DNA of 64,000 nt from an uncultured Acidobacteriaceae bacterium. Its GTDB lineage: Bacteria > Acidobacteriota > Terriglobia > Terriglobales > Acidobacteriaceae. Location of the stretch: contig CAWIQS010000002.1 in NCBI GenBank assembly GCA_963838295.1, positions 19,156 through 83,155 on the forward strand, given 5' to 3'. Position 1 is the first letter of the stretch. Each line of letters opens with the position of its first letter. The notes under the pieces were generated by a model, which was not told the origin of the DNA, did no database searches, and was given only the letters and a program-made list of their open reading frames with translations. The position numbers and the translations under genes were made by a program. Below, one piece after another: positions 29,917 to 39,408 of this stretch.

Positions 29917-31035
29917 CTATGTACGCGCGAGCCCGCCCGGATCGTTTTGCAGTTCACCTCTTCGCAAAAACGCTTCCAGCTCTGCTCTCCCTTCATGCTT
30001 CGCCCAATCCGCCGGAGTTCCGCGCCACAGCAGGTCTCGCATGTCCGCCCTGGCTCCGTGCTCGATAAGCAACCGCACCAACTCCTCGTGCCCGTTCAAG
30101 GCAGCCTGGTGCAGGGGCGTGCTGTGTGAATGGCTGCCGAGCGGGTTATAGCGATTCGGATCCTCCCCGGCGTCCAGCAGCATCCGAACGATTTCGATAT
30201 GGCCGCCCTGGCTCCCAAGTGCAAGCGCCAGATGTCGCTGCTCGGCATCCGCAGAGCGCAGCAGCCGGCGAGCGTCATCAACGCGGCCCATCGCCGCCGC
30301 AACCGGCAGATCAATGTGCGCCCCACGCGCAATCAACGCATTGGCCGCTGCCAAACTACGCTGCGGAGCCGCAGCATGAATGGCGCCGTCCAGTTCTGCC
30401 CCGTAATCGCATAACAGATCGATCAGCGCAATCTGCACGCCACATTCCTCAACCACCCGTCCCGTCACGACCAGGCCGAGTGCTCCATTGCGCGAAGCCA
30501 GATCCGGTCCTGCATCGAGAATGACTCGAGCGACCTCGACAATATTCTTCGGCAACGTCCCACGCCGAATCGGATTCTCGGCAATGAACTCCAGCAGCGT
30601 CGGGCTGCGAAAATAGTTTCCGCTCTCGAATTCAACATGTTGCAGCACGAGCTTCGGATGCCGCTTCAAATGCTCGCGCAGTCCAGCAGCATCTCCCGCA
30701 TCCAGCAGATCCACGGCGCGTCGAAACTCGGCGTCTTCGATGCGCTCATGGTGCGGCAGCGCCAACCGGCGCGCAAGCTCCGGCGACTCGACATGTGCCT
30801 TCAGCCGCGCCCAGCTTTTGAAGCCGTACTCGCGCGCAATGGTGAATTGCGCATCGCTCAGCGGCAACGCAGCAGCGAAAATCTCCGCATCCGGCGCCCC
30901 ACTGAAGCGCGGGTTGAATTCCCGGATGCGTTGCGCAACACCGGGATCATGGGCGGCATGCCCCTTGCGCAGATCCTTGGCTTGATATTTGAGGTGATTA
31001 AGGTCGGGTTTGGACGGGAATCGCTTTGCCGGCAT
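29917..31035 (-). CDS. Ankyrin repeat protein with N-terminal AQF.IAREYGF.SW module
   Basis: TPLHQAALNGHEELVRLLIEHGA and related repeats; N-terminal LNHLKYQAKDL...AQFTIAREYGFKSWARL. Confidence 0.85.
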   Translation of the reverse strand: MPAKRFPSKPDLNHLKYQAKDLRKGHAAHDPGVAQRIREFNPRFSGAPDAEIFAAALPLSDAQFTIAREYGFKSWARLKAHVESPELARRLALPHHERIEDAEFRRAVDLLDAGDAAGLREHLKRHPKLVLQHVEFESGNYFRSPTLLEFIAENPIRRGTLPKNIVEVARVILDAGPDLASRNGALGLVVTGRVVEECGVQIALIDLLCDYGAELDGAIHAAAPQRSLAAANALIARGAHIDLPVAAAMGRVDDARRLLRSADAEQRHLALALGSQGGHIEIVRMLLDAGEDPNRYNPLGSHSHSTPLHQAALNGHEELVRLLIEHGARADMRDLLWRGTPADWAKHEGRAELEAFLRRGELQNDPGGLART

Positions 31036-31539
31036 GACGAACTTCCTCTCGTGTGCCCAGGTCCGCATGTTGAGGGCTGAAAGTCAGTTCGCAAAATCAG
31101 ATTGTAAGAAAAGGTGGACTTCTGTCCTTCCCGCGGACCGGATGCGCCCTTCAGCGCTGCGAAAAGCGTACCACGAAACGTGCCCCGGTCTGCCATAGCA
31201 ACTGCTCGGTCAATCTTGCTCCACGCCGTGCCGCGTTTCGAATCGACGCAATGGTTCACCTTCGCGCCACCGCACCAGCGTCTCAGAATGTTTACACTTT
31301 CGTTATTGACGGTTAGACACCGGTCAAGACGCGACTCGGAACCTCCATGATCAGAGGACATGGAGATCTCCCTCGCGATAGTGGCAGGTTCTGTCGATGA
31401 GTGGCTCTGGGAAGATTTCTATCTGTTCGGCATCCTGCTGTGCAAGTAGTTGGCGTGTAAGTGCTGAGCTATTGGATTACCTGACTTTTATTCTTTCGCT
31501 GCTGTCCAAGTCTCTCACCACGTCATAGGTATCGGTAAC

Positions 31540-32215
31540 TGTTCGCAGAGTTGCCGTGCGGTGGCGGTCCTTCCAGAGGAGTATAGAGCCATGCCCACAT
31601 GTCTCTGAAGATGAACAGCTGTTGGCGCAGCAGGGGCCAGGAAAGACCAAACACTGGATAGAATCGAAAGGGATGATGGCGCGGGTCATAGTCGGTCTTG
31701 TTGCGGTGGCGGGTGCGAGGAACGTTTCGACGTGTGGTTTGTCAGTGCCTTGAAAAACAGTTCTATTTGCCAGCGGTCTTATAGAACGGCACGGTCTCGT
31801 CTGGATGCAGATGGTGGATCAAGTAAACAGGTCAGTTGCTCGGAGTACTCGATGCGAAGGAACAGCATCGGGCATCTCGGCTGTATCTGCCAAAGAGGCA
31901 CAGAGATGATCTGGTACTGATCACGTTACCTTTTCTGGAACCGCACACTCCTCAACGGTCGTGTAGATCGTGTTGGTCTTCATCTGCGTAACGAAGTAGC
32001 ATTCATCCTTCGTCATTCGGCGTGCATATAAAAGGCTGTACCCGAGCGGTGACGGCCAGGATCGTACCCGCTTTCAGGCGCAAGTCCGCGCTACATTCAA
32101 CACGCTGTATTTGCCCTCCGTCACTACCGCGAACGTTGGCAGGTAGACGTCGTGGTCCAGCAACAGATGCAGCTTGATCGCGCCCTTCTGTTGCGTGTAT
32201 ATGGCCCAGCGAACC
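31540..32215 (-). pseudogene. Degenerate IS4-family transposase remnant
   Basis: Minus-strand fragments KGAIKLHLLLDHDVYLP, AVL*DRWQIELFFKAL and LLRQQLFIFRDMWAWL, broken by stops and frameshifts. Confidence 0.75.
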
Positions 32216-32458
32216 TTCTGAAGAAGCACGATGCGCTCGGGATATTGGCGTTTACTTGTTTGCTGGCTGGTGCATGGAGCCTTGGATTTTTATGGATGAA
32301 TACTCATGGGTACGTTGGCGTGAGCATCGCAGTTGATTTTTTGATCCCGGATGTGTTGTTTGAATGCTAAGTCGAGGAGGAGCACGAGGGTGTTACAAAG
32401 GCTGAACTCAGCTGCGTGCTGATTCAGAGAACTACCCACGGAGGCTCCTCAGAGACAT

Positions 32459-33607
32459 ATGTATTACATCGGACTTGATGTTCACAAGAAAACGATCAGC
32501 TATTGCGTGAAGGACGCGGCCGGCAAGATCCACAGTGAAGGCAAGATCGGATCGACGCGGCGTGAACTTGATGCCTGGATCAAAACCCTTCCCCAACCCC
32601 GGATGATGGCCATGGAAGCGACGATCTTCACCGGATGGATCTACGATCACCTTCTTCCTCATGCTGAAAAAGTGAAGGTGGCGCACCCGCTGATGCTGCG
32701 AGCAATCGCCGCAGCCAAGCGGAAGAACGACAAGATCGATGCCAGCAAGATCGCCGACTGTCTTCGTTGCGATTTTCTTCCGGAGTGCTACATGACATCA
32801 ACCGAGATCCGCGACCGGCGGCGAACTCTGCGCTACCGCGGACTGCTGGTGAAGCAGATGGTTCAGATGAAGAACCGGATCTCGGGTTTGCTGATGGAGA
32901 CCGGCGTGAGCTACAACAAGCAGCGATTGCACAAGGTGGGCTACTTCACCGAGCTGATGTCGGGCAACGAAGAGATCGACTGTGTCAGGCCGCTGCTGAA
33001 GCTGAGCCGGGAGACGATCAATCGATCACAGAAGCTGGACTATGCACTGGTGAGTTCTCTCGAGCGCGACCCGTTGCTGGCCGAGCGGCTGAAGCGGTTG
33101 AGAACCGTTCCCGGAGTGGGTCCGATCACGGCGCTGACCTGGGTTCTGGAGATCGGGGATGTGGTGCGCTTCCGATCGATCAAACAGGCCATCAGCTATT
33201 GCGGACTGTGCGGAGCCGAGAAGCGTTCAGCTGACAAGGTCGTGCGCACGCCGATTTCCAAGCAGCGCAACAAGCATATCCAGCAGGTGCTGGTGGAAGC
33301 GGCGAAGCTGGCACCGCGATACAGCCATGAACTGGCCTTGATCTACGAAAAGGAAAAGAAGCAGAGAGGCAATCGCAACCGCGCCACGCTGGCCGTAGCC
33401 AGGAAGATGGTGTTAACCGGCGGTAATTTCCGCATGCGCGGTAATTCAGGAGTGACGATCAATGAGTGTGGTTTTGGCGGCCACTGCGACAACTACAGCA
33501 GCAGCTGCAAACCACAGCACGGGTGTCATCAGACGAAGAAGTCCGAGCCTGGATGGTATGCAGTCGAACGCAGAAAACAGGACTCGTCGCCTGCCGACGG
33601 CGATTGA
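32459..33607 (+). mobile_element. IS110-family transposase (DEDD recombinase)
   Basis: YIGLDVHK, AMEAT, KNDKIDA, TVPGVGPITA, YCGL, LVEAA, AVARKM; long non-coding stretch downstream. Confidence 0.9.
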
Positions 33608-34194
33608 GGCACGGTGGCAGCCTAAAAAATTGCCCATGAATGAAAGAGTTTGGCCCAACGTCGACCAGGATTATTCCGATGCGCAGACTGCCAGGACCCC
33701 GCAAGTTGCCCACTGGGACGATCGAGTGAAACTCCGAGGCTACCCGTTGAATAGTTTCGGGGCTGGCAAGGAGAACACAAACTCAATCTTCTGTGCGGAC
33801 TCTTCGGGGTCTTAAGACAGCAAATGGATGTGTGGTTCTGCTTGATGCAGGAATCATCTGGCCGAGAGATCCAGCTCTGATTGCGCTTAACGGTGGATCA
33901 CTGGCAATAAGATCCTGAATTGCGCGCACTTCCTATAGACACCGGTGCGCGCCCAGGTGGGCAATCCTCTGTGCTTTGCTCTCTTGATTTCGGAGATATG
34001 TTACCGAGAAGTGGGCTACCCTTCCCTTTGACAAATCTTCGCCCTCCGGCCCATAGCTGTACACGCAATTCCCCGCAGGCGCGGCATCTCCGCCCTTCCT
34101 TCAGCATCCCTTAATCCCCCCGTGGAACAATGTTTGCGCCGGCCAATCTCTCAAAGTTCTCCATCCGATTTGCCGAGCCCACGCGGAGCCGAAC

Positions 34195-35235
34195 ATGCAC
34201 AATCAACGTTGTCTCCCAGCTTTTGCGCGCGCCTTTTTTGCCGCTGCTCTGTCCTTCTCCTTCCTGGCCGCCACGCTCGCGGCGTCGGCACAAGGTCCCT
34301 ATAAAGTTCTCGATCAGTGGAAGCTGGCGGACAACGGTGGATGGGATTACCTGCTGGCCGACTCCGCTGCGCATCGCGTCTACATCACGCGCGGCGATCA
34401 TGTGGACGCCGTCGACGCCATCGACGGCAAACTGCTCGGCACCATCAGCGGCCTTCACGGCACCCACGGTGTCGCACTCGACCCCGACGGCAAGGTGGGC
34501 TACATCTCCGATGGCGGAGGCAACGCAGTGGTCGTCTTCGATCGAACGAATTTTTCCACCGTCGCCACCATTCCCGCCGGCACCAATCCCGACGCCATCA
34601 TCTATGAACCCGCCACCAAATCCGTGTGGGCCTTCAACGGACGCAGCAAGAACATCACGGTGATCGACGCCGCATCGCGCAAGGTCGTCGCCACTATCGA
34701 TGTGCCCGGCAAGCCTGAATTCGCAGCAGCCGACGGCAAGGGCAACGTCTACAACAACATTGAGGACAAGAGCGAAGTCCTCAAGATCGACGCGCGTGCG
34801 CACACCATTACCGCGACGTGGCCCGCCGGCTGCGAATCACCCTCCGGCCTCGCCATCGACATCGCCGGCAACCGCGTCTTCCCCGTCTGCGATGGCAACA
34901 AGATGAGTGCGATCGACACTGCTACCGGCAAAGTCCTCGCCACACCGGCCATCGGCGATGGACCCGACGCGGCCAACTACAGCGCCACCAAGAAACTCGC
35001 TTTTGCTTCCAGCGGAGATGGCGTGCTCTCCGTGGTCGACGCCACCACCTACAAGACCATTCAGTCGCTGCCGACCAAGCGCGGCGCGCGCACCATGACC
35101 TACGACCCGGCAACCGATCGTGCCTACCTCGTAACCGCGGACTTCGGGCCGCGCCCCGCAGCCACGGCCGAGAATCCTCATCCCCGCCCGCCAATGATCC
35201 CCGGCAGCTTCGAGATCATCGTCGTTGGCCGCTAA
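34195..35235 (+). CDS. YncE/YVTN-type beta-propeller protein
   Basis: Signal peptide and repeated V.V.D...VATI...P blades. Confidence 0.85.
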   Translation: MHNQRCLPAFARAFFAAALSFSFLAATLAASAQGPYKVLDQWKLADNGGWDYLLADSAAHRVYITRGDHVDAVDAIDGKLLGTISGLHGTHGVALDPDGKVGYISDGGGNAVVVFDRTNFSTVATIPAGTNPDAIIYEPATKSVWAFNGRSKNITVIDAASRKVVATIDVPGKPEFAAADGKGNVYNNIEDKSEVLKIDARAHTITATWPAGCESPSGLAIDIAGNRVFPVCDGNKMSAIDTATGKVLATPAIGDGPDAANYSATKKLAFASSGDGVLSVVDATTYKTIQSLPTKRGARTMTYDPATDRAYLVTADFGPRPAATAENPHPRPPMIPGSFEIIVVGR

Positions 35236-35272
35236 AGCGTCCCCAACTGCTCTTCTCACATATTTGGAGCGT

Positions 35273-35389
35273 GTCATCCTGAACGTAGCGGCTTGGGTGG
35301 GGTCCCCGGCAACAGGTCTTGGTTGCTGGGGTGACTAGGGGCCCGCGGATGATCCATCATCCGTGGGGTAAGCGGAGTGAAGGACCTGC
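35273..35389. repeat. REP-like element, family A, with two internal hairpins
   Basis: GTCATCCTGAACG ... GAAGGACCTGC ends. Confidence 0.75.
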
Positions 35390-35530
35390 TTCTTAGCTTT
35401 CCTGACTTGTATCGAAAACCGCAGACTCACCACGCTAGTCCGCTCCGGTAAAATCTCACCAGCTTCAACGTCGCCGCCGCGGCCAACCTCGGCGGCGTTT
35501 TCGTCATCCGCACCACATTGAGGTCACCCG

Positions 35531-35863
35531 ATGAGATCAACCCTCAAGGCCGCGCTGCTCGCGGCTCTTCCCCTTGAGATCGTGAACTTGTGGGTCATTG
35601 GCTATCCCACGGCGGGCGGCTCCCTCGCCATTGCCACCCAAAACGCCGGAGTCGCATTACAGTGGGATCTGCTTCACCTTCCCGGCCTCTTCGCCATCGA
35701 CCGCATCCTGTTTCTTCGCGAGCATCCGCACACCTGCTCCGTGATCTTTCTCCTTGCCGGATACATTGACACCGCCATCCTGCTCGCCGCCCTCATCGCT
35801 GCCGTGCGACTGGTGCTCCGTACCCTCCGCAAGCTATCCTCCCCCATGAAGCACGCTCACTGA
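35531..35863 (+). CDS. Hypothetical membrane protein
   Basis: 110 aa with several hydrophobic helices. Confidence 0.6.
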   Translation: MRSTLKAALLAALPLEIVNLWVIGYPTAGGSLAIATQNAGVALQWDLLHLPGLFAIDRILFLREHPHTCSVIFLLAGYIDTAILLAALIAAVRLVLRTLRKLSSPMKHAH

Positions 35864-35889
35864 ATCGGAATGCGGTCCACGGGTTTTCC

Positions 35890-35938
35890 CTAGTCCCTGG
35901 TCCCAAGTCTCTGGTTCCTAGTCCTTGGTCCCAGTCTT
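35890..35938. repeat. Heptamer tandem repeat, consensus CTRGTCC, 7 units
   Basis: ctagtcc ctggtcc caagtct ctggttc ctagtcc ttggtcc cagtctt. Confidence 0.75.
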
Positions 35939-35939
35939 T

Positions 35940-36083
35940 ATGAAGCTCACTCTCGCCATTCTCGCGCTCATCGTCTTTGCCCTGTCCTTCGTGGCGGACT
36001 ACAAATGGCGTCAGTGGATGAACAAGCGCCGCGCGGATCACGATGCAACGCAAGCCTCCGACTCAGATCGCCGATCCCCGTAA
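35940..36083 (+). CDS. Small membrane protein (47 aa), not in the ORF track
   Basis: MKLTLAILALIVFALSFVADYKWRQWMNKRR...: one TM helix followed by basic residues. Confidence 0.55.
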   Translation: MKLTLAILALIVFALSFVADYKWRQWMNKRRADHDATQASDSDRRSP

Positions 36084-36220
36084 CGCGCGAAGGTTACCAG
36101 CACCTGCCTTGCAGCCGTCTCCGATGCCCCACACCCCGTCTTCCAAAGTGGAAATTCCCCTCTGCAACTTTCTTCCTTTGCAGCCGTTACAATGGGTATA
36201 AGGGAGTCGTCCAAGCCACC

Positions 36221-36916
36221 ATGCCCAGTAACCTTGCCCACGCCCTTCGCTTGCCCACGCTTCGCACCGCTGTATGGATGGGCCTCGCCACGGCGCTGCT
36301 CGCGGTCTCGCCCTTCGCGCGCGCCCAGTTTTCTGCACCGGCCACCACGCCCGTGCACGATCCCGCTGCCCTCAGGCCGCCCGCCGGCGCTCACGTGGCC
36401 ATCGTTGAATTTGAAGACATGGAGTGCCCCGACTGCGCCAATGCCAATCCGCTGCTCCGCGAAGCCGCAGCCAAGTACAGCATTCCCTGGGTCCGCCACG
36501 ACTTCCCTCTGCCGTTCCACGCCTGGAGCTTCCAGGCTGCCGTCAACGCCCGCTGGTTCGACACCAAGAGCAAGAAGATCGGCGACGACTACCGCGACGC
36601 CGTGTTTGCCAACCAGCCCTCCATCTCCAACCTTGATGTACTGCGTCAGTTCACTGAGAACTTCGCCAAGACCCACAACATCGCGCTGCCTTTTGCTATG
36701 GATCCCCAGGGCAAATTCGCCGCCGAGGTTAAGGCCGACTACGCGCTGGGTCAGCGCATCGGCATTGAACACACGCCGACGATCTGGATCACGACCGCCA
36801 ACAGCAAGGGCGCGCCGTTTGTCGAGGTCGTCGACCGCACCAAGCTTTATCAACTCATCGACCAGGCCGTTGCCGACACTCGATCGGCGCCTGTAAAAGC
36901 AACGGCACACAAATAA
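36221..36916 (+). CDS. DsbA-family thioredoxin-fold protein
   Basis: EFEDMECPDC, RHDFPL, GIEHTPT; start ATG 36221. Confidence 0.85.
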   Translation: MPSNLAHALRLPTLRTAVWMGLATALLAVSPFARAQFSAPATTPVHDPAALRPPAGAHVAIVEFEDMECPDCANANPLLREAAAKYSIPWVRHDFPLPFHAWSFQAAVNARWFDTKSKKIGDDYRDAVFANQPSISNLDVLRQFTENFAKTHNIALPFAMDPQGKFAAEVKADYALGQRIGIEHTPTIWITTANSKGAPFVEVVDRTKLYQLIDQAVADTRSAPVKATAHK

Positions 36917-36946
36917 TGTCGTTGTAGTTCCGGGCCCCACTTTCCC

Positions 36947-37396
36947 ATGTCAGACTTTCGCCATGTCGTAGAAATTCGAGTTTCACCGGCAGACGTCTGG
37001 AAAGTACTGCTCGATGTCGAACGCTGGCCCGAGTGGACCACCTCCGTCAGCAAGGTCCAGCGCATGGATATCGGCCCTCTGACCCTGGGGAGCCGCACCC
37101 GCATCTGGCAGCCGAAGCTCATGCCCGCCGTCTGGCAGGTCACCTCGCTCGACGAACAGCGCCACATCTTCGCCTGGACCACCCACACATTCGGCATCAA
37201 GATCAACGCCCGCCACCAGGTGGACGCCATCGGCGCGCGCAGCCGCGTCACCCTCTCGCTCACCTACACCGGCGTCGTCGGAGCCGTCCTGGCCCGCGCC
37301 TACCGCGACCTCAACTGGGACTACCTCGCCCGCGAAGCCAACGGCCTCCGCGGCCACTGCGAAGCCCCGGTAGTTCACCACGCGCAGGCGCGGTGA
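36947..37396 (+). CDS. SRPBCC (polyketide cyclase-like) family protein
   Basis: SPADVWKVLLDVERWPEWT. Confidence 0.85.
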   Translation: MSDFRHVVEIRVSPADVWKVLLDVERWPEWTTSVSKVQRMDIGPLTLGSRTRIWQPKLMPAVWQVTSLDEQRHIFAWTTHTFGIKINARHQVDAIGARSRVTLSLTYTGVVGAVLARAYRDLNWDYLAREANGLRGHCEAPVVHHAQAR

Positions 37397-37562
37397 GTGG
37401 TCAGTGGACAGTGGACAGTGGTCAGTGATCAGTGGTCAGTGGACAGTGGACAGTGGACAGTGGTCAGTGGACAGTGGTCAGTGGTCAGTGGTCAGTGGTC
37501 AGTGGTCAGTGGTCAGTGGTCAGTGGTCAGTGGACAGTGGTCAGTGGTCAGTGAGCAGTCGT
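37395..37562 (+). repeat. Tandem heptamer array (CAGTGGW)n, about 24 units
   Basis: Direct reading of CAGTGGT/CAGTGGA units starting at the SRPBCC stop codon. Confidence 0.95.
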
Positions 37563-37623
37563 CAGCTTGAGTTTTCAGTGGTCAGTTATCAGTCTTCAGT
37601 TCTTAGCCATCTGCAAATCAGGT

Positions 37624-37694
37624 GTCATCCTGAACGAAGCGGCTTGGGGCCCCGCGGACCAAAGTCCGTGGGGTAAGCGGAGTGAAGGATCTGC
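37624..37694. repeat. REP-like element, family A
   Basis: GTCATCCTGAACG ... GAAGGATCTGC. Confidence 0.75.
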
Positions 37695-37864
37695 TTTTTT
37701 TAACGCCTGGCCAACGGCCACAAACAAAAGCGGAGGCCGAAGCCCGTTGTCAGGTTTCAGTGGACAGTGAGCAGTGGTCAGGGAGCATCGAGCAATGAGC
37801 GAGTGAGAGCAATAAGCAACCTGAATCGCTGCCCCGGGGCGAATCACAGTAAAAGTTGGTGGCT

Positions 37865-37962
37865 GTCATTCTGAGCGAACGGGGCCCCGAACGTTTTTGG
37901 GGCCCCGAAGAGCGCTTTTGCTCTTTGGGGTAGGTTCGGGGGTGGTGAGTCGAAGAATCTGC
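37865..37962. repeat. REP-like element, family A, with nested hairpin
   Basis: GTCATTCTGAGCG ... GAAGAATCTGC. Confidence 0.75.
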
Positions 37963-38047
37963 TTCTGCATCCTTCCCTTTAGTCCAGCAGAAGTGAGAGT
38001 TCTCCGATAAATTGGGTTCCACAGAGCCCTTTGGAGGAGGACTTCAG

Positions 38048-38314
38048 ATGCGGAAGAGCCGGTACACGGAAGAGCAGATTGTAGGGATATTAAAGGAGTC
38101 GGAGGCGGGTCTGGAGACAGCGGAGCTGTGTCGCAAGCATGGGATCAGCGACAAGACGTTTTACCGCTGGAAGGCGAAGTACGGTGGGCTGGAAGTGAGC
38201 GAAGCGCAGCGGCTTCGTCAACTGGAAGAAGAGAACCGCAAGCTCAAGCAGCTGGTAGCCGAACAGGCTTTGGACATCGTCGGATTCAAGGCGGTGCTAT
38301 CAAAAAAGTGGTAA
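38048..38314 (+). CDS. IS3 transposase OrfA (HTH)
   Basis: MRKSRYTEEQIVGIL...CRKHGISDKTFYRWKAKYGG...LEEENRKLKQLVAEQ. Confidence 0.9.
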   Translation: MRKSRYTEEQIVGILKESEAGLETAELCRKHGISDKTFYRWKAKYGGLEVSEAQRLRQLEEENRKLKQLVAEQALDIVGFKAVLSKKW

Positions 38315-39156
38315 GCCCACAGGCCAGGAGAGAAGCCGTCGCGGTATTTAGGACTGCGACGGACTGTTCGGAACGGCATGCCTGTGGGCAGCTGGAAGTG
38401 TTGCGAGCTATGTTGCGCTACGGTAGGCGGGAGAGGCGCTTTGCCGAAGCCAACGGTCGTCTGCGCGTTCGCTTGAGGGATTTGGCAGAAGATAGACGTC
38501 GCTGGGGCTATAGTGGGTTACATGTTCTGTTGCAGAGGGAAGGCTGGACGGTGAACAGCAAACGGGTCTACGGGATATAGGTGGAAGAGAAGCTGATGGT
38601 GAGTAGAAGTAAGAGGAGATGTGGGATCTGAGTGAAGGTGAGAGTGATGTTGGTAGAGTTAGTAAGGAAGAAGGAGATATGGAAGATGGATTTTTTTTAG
38701 GATGTATTGGTTTTTGGTAGTAAGATAAGTAAGTTGTGGATTGAAGATGAGTATAAGAGGGAGATGTTGGTGATAGAAGTGGATATCTCGTTGTTGGTAT
38801 TGTGAGTAGTAAGAGTGTTGGATAGGTTATGGTAATATAGAGGTTTGTTAGTAAGGATTGTTATTGATAAAGGTATGGAGTTTATTTAGAAGGTTTTGGA
38901 TGAGTGGGTATATGAGAATAAGGTTATATTGTATTTTATTATATGAGGATGGTAGATGGAGAATGGTTATATAGAAAGTTTATATGGTAAGTTAAGAGAG
39001 GAGTGTTTTAAAGAATATTGGTTTTTTACTTTGGAAGATGAGAGGGAGATTATAGAAAGTTGGTGGATAGATTATAAATAGGTGTGTTAGTATAGAGTTT
39101 TGGGTTATTTGATATTTGAGGAATTTGTAAAGGGTTATGTAAATGTGGAAAGTTAA
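38311..39156 (+). pseudogene. IS3 transposase OrfB (DDE) with many premature stops caused by loss of C
   Basis: Frame is kept without indels but codons expected to contain C carry T, A or G instead; stops at 38578 and onward. Confidence 0.8.
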
Positions 39157-39357
39157 AAAAGTTTAAATATTTATATAGTATTGATGTTGTTTGAGAAATG
39201 AATTTGTAGTTAAACTTTAATTAGAGTGCTATTATTTGTATGGATTAAGAAGGGTGTTCTTCGGCATCTCTCTGACCGGACTAGTCACACGGGTGTCATT
39301 CTGAACGAACGGAACCGCAAACGCAAAAAAGAACAGGTGCGTAAGGCCCCTGTTCTT

Positions 39358-39408
39358 TCTGTTCACTGCACACTGTTCACTGTCCACTGACCACTGTCCA
39401 CTGTTCAC
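39358..39408 (-). repeat. Heptamer repeat, same family as 37395, opposite strand
   Basis: CTGTTCACTGCACACTGTTCACTGTCCACTGACCACTGTCCACTGTTCACT right after the radical SAM stop. Confidence 0.85.

Larger units (their letters stand above)
37966..39257 (+). mobile_element. IS3-family insertion sequence (orfA intact, orfB destroyed); ends approximate
   Basis: orfA 38048-38314, A6G slippery site at 38302-38308, orfB frame with recognisable WxMDF, DxGxEF and MENGYIES...KxREEC motifs. Confidence 0.85.

Noticed and set aside
37395-37562. Tandem array as a CRISPR
   Set aside because: 7-bp units with no unique spacers and no cas genes in the window.
38490-39257. C-depleted tract as an AT-rich foreign gene, a DGR variable region, or a product of the nearby retron RT
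   Set aside because: It is IS3 orfB in frame; the affected base is C, not A; nothing in the sequence links it to the retron beyond proximity.
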